A stretch of 37,218 nt of DNA from a virus (IMGVR_UViG_3300020452_000405:1-37218); one strand, 5' to 3'. Shown: positions 28,432 through 33,167, counted from the stretch's first letter. A program made the numbers and translations. The notes: generated by a model not told the origin, from the letters alone.

Positions 28432-28597
28432 TTGATTCTTGCAAAATAATCTCAGCTCCATCAACCTTAAACCCTAATACAGTATCTTCAAACCATCCTT
28501 GATCATTTACTATACATTCAGGTATTCTTATTATATACTCTCCTGATACTGTATCAACTTCTACGGTGGTTCTTTCATCTTGGAAATTTTTTCGCAT
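28424..28597 (-). CDS. AbrB/MazE/SpoVT-like small DNA-binding protein
   Basis: TTVEVD..SGEYIIRIPECIVNDQGWFEDTVLGFKVDGAEIIL fits the swapped-hairpin pattern. The start is 28597 or 28612, because the promoter excludes 28630. Confidence 0.6.
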   Translation of the reverse strand: MRKNFQDERTTVEVDTVSGEYIIRIPECIVNDQGWFEDTVLGFKVDGAEIILQESND

Positions 28598-28618
28598 TGT
28601 GATGTTTCTCATTTTTGA

Positions 28619-28647
28619 ATTATATATCACTTATCAATATTTTGCAA
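28619..28647 (-). promoter_or_regulatory. sigma70-type promoter
   Basis: TTGCAA-17 nt-TATAAT. Confidence 0.7.
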
Positions 28648-28749
28648 GTAATCCTGTGGGCGTTTTTACACTGGGGAAAAAAAATTTGACTTCTTATGGA
28701 ACATTGTTCTCGCTTTCGTAACACTTTGTAGGTTAGGGTAGTTAGCGGT

Positions 28750-28787
28750 TTTTAAACGGGCAACCCCCCCGAAGGGGGGAACTGCCA
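28750..28787 (-). terminator. GC-rich UUCG hairpin ending the early gene array
   Basis: Minus strand GGCAGTTCCCCCC-TTCG-GGGGGGTTGCC, then CGTTT, downstream of the last early gene. The U-tract is weak. Confidence 0.6.
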
Positions 28788-28811
28788 ATACACGAACGAA
28801 TGACTATGAGG

Positions 28812-29048
28812 TCAGAAGCGACATGCCAGATGACTGTATTCTGCACCTACCCTGTCCCGTGCTGCTGCCCTGCGATCTTTGGCATATTGTAGTTTTGCCC
28901 GTGCCAGCACACCGTCCAAGTCGTCGACCATTGCTTTCCCTAAACCAGCAGCAGGTGTAAATGTTGACCCCCTGCCTGATGATGACCTTAGAGTGCTGCC
29001 CTTAATGTTCGTATCAGTGGCACGAACTCTACCGATTGCCTTTGTCAT
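28812..29048 (-). CDS. Small basic early protein (78 aa)
   Basis: Restarted at ATG 29048, coupled to the upstream stop (TAATG). Confidence 0.7.
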   Translation of the reverse strand: MTKAIGRVRATDTNIKGSTLRSSSGRGSTFTPAAGLGKAMVDDLDGVLARAKLQYAKDRRAAARDRVGAEYSHLACRF

Positions 29049-29284
29049 TACGCATACCTCCCTGCTGGATGTGGGTTTGATGGGGTGCATCCGAAAGAGG
29101 CGAAGAACGCATCTAACATGGGGATGTTTAATTCTGGATCATCAAAATCAACCTGTGCTATGTGGTCTACTCCCCACTCTGCAACTTCTATTACGAAGGT
29201 CTCAAAATCTTCACAGACATAAGCAACATTTTCAAAGTTGCCTACCTCTTTGATTCTGTTAATGAGTCTTTCAGTTTTTCCCAT
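29048..29284 (-). CDS. Small acidic early protein (78 aa)
   Basis: ORF track. It has a GAGG ribosome-binding site and a promoter cassette upstream. Confidence 0.75.
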   Translation of the reverse strand: MGKTERLINRIKEVGNFENVAYVCEDFETFVIEVAEWGVDHIAQVDFDDPELNIPMLDAFFASFGCTPSNPHPAGRYA

Positions 29285-29310
29285 AATGCCTCTGTTGTGT
29301 GTATGTTAAT

Positions 29311-29362
29311 ATTATAAAGCACAGACACCCTAGAAGGGGTGCTGTGTAATAGTCTGTTACCA
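29311..29362 (-). promoter_or_regulatory. Early hairpin-plus-minus-10 cassette (class II)
   Basis: Minus strand GGTAACAGACTATT-ACACAGCACCCC-ttct-AGGGTGTCTGTG-ctt-TATAAT. Confidence 0.6.
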
Positions 29363-29797
29363 TTATATGTTACGGAAGATGTGACCTGAGTCTGTGATCA
29401 TATAATCCCAAGAGAGATTTTCCCACGTGGCATTCCAATCAATCTCAATCCACGAAGGAACGTCACCAGTATCAAATAAATTCTCTGCCTCTTCCTTTGC
29501 GAAATCAGCAGGGTCGTCCCATTGACCGCAGTAACAGTCGGCAGCATCCTGAACGTGTTCTGGACCACCAACGTCGTCCAAATATTCGTCAAGTGCTTCC
29601 CTTTTATCATCACCGAACATTTCATCTAACTCTGCCTGATACTCCTCATAGTATGAGAAATTCTCCTGACCGTAGGTATCCAAATACTCCAATACGTCAC
29701 GGAGTTCGTATGTGCCATCTTCAACCCATTCGTCAATTTGATCAGTTACGATTGAGTCGTAAACATCTTTGTAATTGCAAGTCAAGGTGATAGGCAT
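29363..29797 (-). CDS. ArdA-like anti-restriction (DNA mimic) protein (144 aa)
   Basis: Very acidic. The C-terminal YCGQWDDPADFAKE...VPSWIEIDWNATWENLSWDY...GHIFR matches the ArdA C-terminal pattern. Confidence 0.7.
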   Translation of the reverse strand: MPITLTCNYKDVYDSIVTDQIDEWVEDGTYELRDVLEYLDTYGQENFSYYEEYQAELDEMFGDDKREALDEYLDDVGGPEHVQDAADCYCGQWDDPADFAKEEAENLFDTGDVPSWIEIDWNATWENLSWDYMITDSGHIFRNI

Positions 29798-29893
29798 TTA
29801 ATGAAGGGGGTAAAAAACACGTGGGGAATTAGTTCTTTTCTTTGGTGGCGAACCAAGGGGCGTTCCCAACTCCCCCGTTTTGCTTATATGAAT

Positions 29894-29952
29894 ATAATAC
29901 ACCCTCACGCACCACACTTTCAATCAAATGTAGACACTCTGCAAACTGGCAC
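29894..29952 (-). promoter_or_regulatory. Early promoter cassette (class I variant)
   Basis: Plus strand TAGACA-N10-TGGCAC at 29931-29952, with the minus-strand TATTAT box at 29894-29899. Confidence 0.6.
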
Positions 29953-29986
29953 AAAACCCATTACAGCTGCCCCCATAATGTGAGAC

Positions 29987-30012
29987 AAAAAAAAGGGGGC
30001 GGTTGCCCCCTT
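29987..30012 (-). terminator. Rho-independent terminator
   Basis: Minus strand AAGGGGGC-aacc-GCCCCCTT followed by a T run, just after the stop at 30016. Confidence 0.85.
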
Positions 30013-30015
30013 GGA

Positions 30016-30315
30016 TTATTTCTGAATGAGTTTCACAAGTTCAGTGTGATAAGGTTTCACAAAATTAAATGCTTTGGTGAAATCCTTTATTAACTCCTGA
30101 ATTTCAAACTGGTGGATTGCCCAACGGGTTGAAATATCTTTGGAGTAACGCTCAAAGGTTATGAGGCGTGAGGTTGAAGGGCGTTTGAGTTCAGTTGATT
30201 TCACCTTAGTGATTTTAGCAACTGATTTCTTTACCTTCGGTGCTGTTGCTTTTCTTACTCTTTTCTTTGGGGCGGTTGCCTTAACGGTTGGAGTAGGAGT
30301 TGAAACAGATGGCAT
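30016..30315 (-). CDS. Lys/Ala/Thr-rich basic early protein (99 aa)
   Basis: Restarted at ATG 30315 because the annotated ATG abuts the -10 box. It contains KATAPK twice, giving a histone-H1-like composition. Confidence 0.7.
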   Translation of the reverse strand: MPSVSTPTPTVKATAPKKRVRKATAPKVKKSVAKITKVKSTELKRPSTSRLITFERYSKDISTRWAIHQFEIQELIKDFTKAFNFVKPYHTELVKLIQK

Positions 30316-30342
30316 AAATTCGCTTTGGTTGCGTACTCCCAT

Positions 30343-30392
30343 ATAATACCAATAAAAAACCCCTTATAGGGGTTTGTGAAATAAACTTAACA
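30343..30392 (-). promoter_or_regulatory. Early hairpin-plus-minus-10 cassette (class II)
   Basis: Minus strand TGTTAAGTTTATTTCAC-AAACCCCT-ata-AGGGGTTT-tttattgg-TATTAT. Confidence 0.65.
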
Positions 30393-30403
30393 AACTGAAA
30401 CAG

Positions 30404-30547
30404 TTAGAAGTCGTTTAATACTGAAGATCGTCTCACGGGTTGGGCGTTGTACCAATACGCAGTCGCATCGGTGTCCCTTAGACTTTTCCTTTGGTTCTCA
30501 TAATCCTTGCGAAGGATGTCGTAGGTTTGAGGGGTGAGAGGTTGCAT
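30404..30547 (-). CDS. Small early protein (47 aa)
   Basis: Hand-translated: MQPLTPQTYDILRKDYENQRKSLRDTDATAYWYNAQPVRRSSVLNDF. The ATG is 1 nt after the upstream stop. Confidence 0.65.
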   Translation of the reverse strand: MQPLTPQTYDILRKDYENQRKSLRDTDATAYWYNAQPVRRSSVLNDF

Positions 30548-30548
30548 T

Positions 30549-30695
30549 TTAATAGTCAATGTCAGATTTTAGGTAGGAGTCAAGGTTGAATTTTTGCTCA
30601 TCAGTAAGGGTCTCTGAAATCGCATCTTCCATGAGTGCTGCGATTGCATCCTCCTCACTGAAATTAAAGTCTAGCAAATTGGGGTCAGTAGTCAT
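30549..30695 (-). CDS. Small acidic early protein (48 aa)
   Basis: Hand-translated: MTTDPNLLDFNFSEEDAIAALMEDAISETLTDEQKFNLDSYLKSDIDY. It lies directly downstream of a promoter cassette. Confidence 0.7.
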   Translation of the reverse strand: MTTDPNLLDFNFSEEDAIAALMEDAISETLTDEQKFNLDSYLKSDIDY

Positions 30696-30716
30696 TGTTA
30701 AATGTCCAACAAATTA

Positions 30717-30766
30717 ATAATAGCAAAGAAAAAACCCCTGAAGGGGTTTTGTTGTAATACTTAACC
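30717..30766 (-). promoter_or_regulatory. Early hairpin-plus-minus-10 cassette (class II)
   Basis: Minus strand GGTTAAGTATTACAAC-AAAACCCC-ttca-GGGGTTTT-ttctt-TGc-TATTAT. Confidence 0.65.
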
Positions 30767-30988
30767 TGCAACCAGGTTATCAAAATAAGATTGGGGTTGA
30801 TCCTTTGCGAGCACACCGTCTAACCATTTGTTAATGTGACGTGATGTGGTCACTGACCATTTCTTAGATGTTCTGTAATACCCGTTATCAGAGAGGCAAG
30901 CGACAGGAGTTTGGTAAGAAAACAAAACTGATGTACCGTCTGAAAGATCCAACTGTGTCATGTTGGAAGCGATTGGGCGAAGTTGCAT
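30761..30988 (-). CDS. Small early phage protein (75 aa; VLFSYQTPVA...KWSVTTSRHINKWL)
   Basis: ORF track, with an AAGGAG ribosome-binding site. The SYxTPVA and TTSRHINKW motifs recall a family of phage early proteins of unknown function. Confidence 0.8.
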   Translation of the reverse strand: MQLRPIASNMTQLDLSDGTSVLFSYQTPVACLSDNGYYRTSKKWSVTTSRHINKWLDGVLAKDQPQSYFDNLVAG

Positions 30989-31013
30989 GAGTGCTCCTTT
31001 TGATTACTTTTAT

Positions 31014-31071
31014 ATAATAAACCCCCACTCTTACGAATGGGGGAAATGTGTGCCAGTTTATAGAGTGGCAT
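31014..31071 (-). promoter_or_regulatory. Early promoter cassette (class I)
   Basis: GTGCCA-N10-TGGCAT at 31050-31071, hairpin CCCCCATTC-GTAA-GAGTGGGGG, TATTAT at 31014-31019. Confidence 0.75.
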
Positions 31072-31291
31072 ACTCCCTAACTTGGCACTCATGCAAATCA
31101 TCTAAAGTTGCAATGCAGTTGCGAACTATCCTGCGGATGACCTGCCTTGTGGGAGTGCTTGCGTAATCTTCAGTAAAAGGGGCGTACTCTTTTATGATTC
31201 GATTAACGCAAATTGAAATGTCGCTGCTGCCAATCTCTTCAACATCAGTGAACATAAAATCCACATTGTCAGAAATGATTTCAAAAAGCAT
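31058..31291 (-). CDS. Small early protein (77 aa)
   Basis: Restarted at ATG 31291 after a GGAG ribosome-binding site, downstream of a cassette. Confidence 0.7.
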   Translation of the reverse strand: MLFEIISDNVDFMFTDVEEIGSSDISICVNRIIKEYAPFTEDYASTPTRQVIRRIVRNCIATLDDLHECQVREYATL

Positions 31292-31317
31292 GGGTGCTCC
31301 CTTTTGTTTACTCTTTA

Positions 31318-31375
31318 ATAATAAACCCCTACTCTCACGAATAGGGGTTGTGTGTGCCACTTATACTATTGGCAC
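31318..31375 (-). promoter_or_regulatory. Early promoter cassette (class I)
   Basis: GTGCCA-N10-TGGCAC at 31354-31375, hairpin CCCCTATTC-GTGA-GAGTAGGGG, TATTAT at 31318-31323. Confidence 0.75.
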
Positions 31376-31548
31376 TTCTCATCAAACAATCTTTGTGCTT
31401 GCTTTTCTATTGCTAACAATGATCCTGATTCCTGCCTCCAACATAACTCATTTAACTGATCTTCAGTTAATTTGTTATGCTTACGGAATGCCTCCCACGC
31501 TTCATCGTGGCATTGTTCCATTAACGATTCGTGATGTAGGGTGCTCAT
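31366..31548 (-). CDS. Small early protein (60 aa, MSTLHHES...)
   Basis: ORF track, with an AAGGA ribosome-binding site and a cassette upstream. Confidence 0.75.
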   Translation of the reverse strand: MSTLHHESLMEQCHDEAWEAFRKHNKLTEDQLNELCWRQESGSLLAIEKQAQRLFDEKCQ

Positions 31549-31572
31549 AATTGGTTCCTTTACTACTCTTTA

Positions 31573-31630
31573 ATAATAGAGGATTATCAGCACGAATAGA
31601 AAAACCCTGTGCCAGTTTGTAGATCGGCAC
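31573..31630 (-). promoter_or_regulatory. Early promoter cassette (class I, hairpin decayed)
   Basis: GTGCCA-N10-CGGCAC at 31609-31630, with TATTAT at 31573-31578 (same 36-nt offset as the other copies). Confidence 0.7.
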
Positions 31631-31657
31631 AAGGTTTAAAAAATCAGGCCGCATCGC

Positions 31658-31861
31658 TCAAAGGCGATGCACGAGGCGGTAGTAAATGTTTACTAATTCA
31701 TTTACCTGCTCAACCTCTAAGGGATCACCCTCCCAATCTTCAACGAATAAAGCGTTATCAAAATCAGGAGTGTTACCCTCTACAAAGGTTGGGGCACTCA
31801 TCAGTTTTCTGCTTGAGGCATCTAACCAGAACGAATGCCCCATAGTTTCAGAATGAATCAT
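31658..31861 (-). CDS. Small early protein (MIHSETMGHSFWLD...LMSAPTF)
   Basis: ORF-track 31658..31966 restarted downstream of the cassette. ATG 31888 and ATG 31861 are both possible starts. Confidence 0.65.
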   Translation of the reverse strand: MIHSETMGHSFWLDASSRKLMSAPTFVEGNTPDFDNALFVEDWEGDPLEVEQVNELVNIYYRLVHRL

Positions 31862-31894
31862 TTTGGATGAAGGAATTTGGTTTGCCATATGAGT

Positions 31895-31952
31895 ACAATA
31901 AACCCCCATCGGTAAAAATGGGGGTTGTGTGTGCCAGTTTAGATACTGGCAC
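31895..31952 (-). promoter_or_regulatory. Early promoter cassette (class I)
   Basis: GTGCCA-N10-TGGCAC at 31931-31952, CCCCCAT..ATGGGGG hairpin, TATTGT at 31895-31900. Confidence 0.7.
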
Positions 31953-32112
31953 TTATTCGATCCCATACCTGAGAGAAACGCTCAGATGTGAAATTCTCAT
32001 TCATTTCAGGATCATCTTCAAAATCTGCATCCCATTTCTCAGGGAGATCGAACGAGTAGGCAATGCAGAAAACTTCGTTGATAACTCTTAAATCTTCTTT
32101 GGAGAGATTCAT
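31939..32112 (-). CDS. Small acidic early protein
   Basis: ORF-track 31939..32151 restarted downstream of the cassette (ATG 32130 or 32112). Confidence 0.65.
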   Translation of the reverse strand: MNLSKEDLRVINEVFCIAYSFDLPEKWDADFEDDPEMNENFTSERFSQVWDRISASI

Positions 32113-32136
32113 TTGGTTTGTTTTGATCATATTAAT

Positions 32137-32194
32137 ATAATAAACCCCCATCGGTGAGAATGGGGGAAATGTGTGCCGATTTAATTATTGGCAC
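32137..32194 (-). promoter_or_regulatory. Early promoter cassette (class I)
   Basis: GTGCCG-N10-TGGCAC at 32173-32194, CCCCCAT..ATGGGGG hairpin, TATTAT at 32137-32142. Confidence 0.75.
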
Positions 32195-32432
32195 ACCATC
32201 GCTCATAAGCGAATTGTTTGCGAAGGTGCTTGAGCATATCATCGCACAGTGCCGTGATTTCATCATCACTGCCACCGTGAACTGGATCATAATCCACAAA
32301 CTCATCTAAGGGTTTGCCATCTTCAGAAATTTCTCTCACTGAGATGTAATCAAAATTTGGATCATATGCTGCCTCAAGGTGAATTGGATCACCGCCATAC
32401 TGTTCGTGAAAAGTGAAAGAGGATGAAAGCAT
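32181..32432 (-). CDS. Small acidic early protein (83 aa)
   Basis: ORF track. It is the first gene of the minus-strand early array. Confidence 0.7.
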   Translation of the reverse strand: MLSSSFTFHEQYGGDPIHLEAAYDPNFDYISVREISEDGKPLDEFVDYDPVHGGSDDEITALCDDMLKHLRKQFAYERWCANN

Positions 32433-32453
32433 AAAAACCTGATTGATACAAGT

Positions 32454-32510
32454 ATCCTACACCAGATTGGAACGATATATTATTTTGTGTGCCAATTATA
32501 TTTCTGGCAC
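32454..32510 (-). promoter_or_regulatory. Early promoter cassette (class I, no hairpin)
   Basis: GTGCCA-N10-TGGCAC at 32489-32510, with TAGGAT at 32454-32459 (35-nt offset). Confidence 0.6.
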
Positions 32511-32644
32511 ACTCAATCTCCATTTCAAGTCAGCTTGAATTATAATAAAGGAAATCAAACGAAAAGTTCGAGGGTACGAACTCTAAAATCTTCGCCACTC
32601 CCCCTGCGATAAAATATTAATAAAAATTCCAGCTGCGATCCGAT

Positions 32645-32703
32645 AGTCCACCCCCCACACTGGCACATAAGAAACTGATCCGCAACTCATTCCGTGTTAG
32701 AAT
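32645..32703 (+). promoter_or_regulatory. Plus-strand early-type promoter cassette
   Basis: AGTCCA-N10-TGGCAC at 32645-32666, then 31 nt to an extended -10 box TGt-TAGAAT (hexamer at 32698-32703). Confidence 0.5.
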
Positions 32704-32726
32704 GAATAATCTCTTATGTGCCCCTT

Positions 32727-32786
32727 GTGCCTATGCATCGGGTGGCACAAGCCTGCTTGCATATATGCGAACATATGTGCTATAAT
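32727..32786 (+). promoter_or_regulatory. Plus-strand early-type/sigma70 promoter
   Basis: GTGCCT-N10-TGGCAC at 32727-32748, TTGCAT at 32757-32762, an 18-nt spacer ending in TGc, and TATAAT at 32781-32786. Confidence 0.65.
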
Positions 32787-32801
32787 GTAACATGTGTTAC
32801 A
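32786..32801. promoter_or_regulatory. NtcA-box-like palindrome TGTAACATGTGTTACA
   Basis: Matches TGTA-N8-TACA with 8-bp perfect arms (ATGTAACA/TGTTACAT). It overlaps the predicted start site of the plus-strand promoter. Confidence 0.5.
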
Positions 32802-32853
32802 TCAGGTTATGTATGTGTGTGCATCTAGTGTGCACATGCATCTAGTGTCACAT

Positions 32854-32997
32854 CTAGGCGTAATGCCTGTATGCTAGTGCCTCATATGAGGTATCATGAC
32901 GTGCATACATCTCGTCGAGATCATATAGCGTGTCACTATATGATGATGAGGTCTCGTCGAGATCTGAATCTAGTGCATAATCTAGTTCTTGTTGCAT
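32854..32997 (-). CDS. Acidic Tyr-rich miniprotein (47 aa, MQQELDY...LAYRHYA)
   Basis: Restarted at ATG 32997, downstream of the promoter at 33034-33062. It has 12 D/E and 7 Y in 47 aa. Confidence 0.55.
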   Translation of the reverse strand: MQQELDYALDSDLDETSSSYSDTLYDLDEMYARHDTSYEALAYRHYA

Positions 32998-33167
32998 GAG
33001 TATCTCGTCGAGATTTGATTTGATTGTATAATAAGTATAGCACATCTCGTCGAGATTTGCAAGTGTTTGTGTCGTGCATATCTAGTCGAGATTCTAATAC
33101 GAATGACCTAGTTGATATTTATAAAACTCGACTAGATTTTGTGTCTTTTTGCATACCTAGACTAGAA
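32909..33167. repeat. Array of ATCT(C/A)G-N-C(G/T)AGAT palindromes
   Basis: ATCTCGTCGAGAT at 32909, 33002 and 33044; GTCTCGTCGAGAT at 32951; ATCTAGTCGAGAT at 33080; AACTCGACTAGAT at 33125; degenerate copies at 33106 and 33155. ATCTAG half-sites lie near 32823, 32840, 32852, 32968 and 32980. Confidence 0.9.
33034..33062 (-). promoter_or_regulatory. sigma70-type promoter with the palindrome filling its spacer
   Basis: TTGCAA-atctcgacgagatgtgc (17 nt, ending TGc)-TATACT. Confidence 0.75.

Noticed and set aside
28731-28750. Telomere-like TTAGGG or G-quadruplex
   Set aside because: There is a single TTAGGG and too few G3 runs, which is compatible with chance.
29820-29880. Glutamine riboswitch (glnA/Downstream-peptide) in the ArdA-like leader
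   Set aside because: GGAACG is present on the minus strand but the upstream CGTTC partner of the P1 stem is missing. It is kept only as an unassigned structured leader.
28879-32091. Plus-strand ORFs in the early region (28879, 29497, 29801, 29842, 30161, 30960, 31194, 31609, 31867)
   Set aside because: They are antisense to genes or regulatory elements that have their own promoters and ribosome-binding sites, and several cross regulatory cassettes.
30342-33045. ORF-track start positions at 30342, 31360, 31966, 32151 and 33045
   Set aside because: They begin inside or upstream of the predicted promoter elements, so downstream ATGs were used instead.
32909-33167. CRISPR mini-array
   Set aside because: Repeats are only 13 bp, start-to-start spacing is irregular (19-51 bp), copies degenerate and invert, and no cas gene is in the window.
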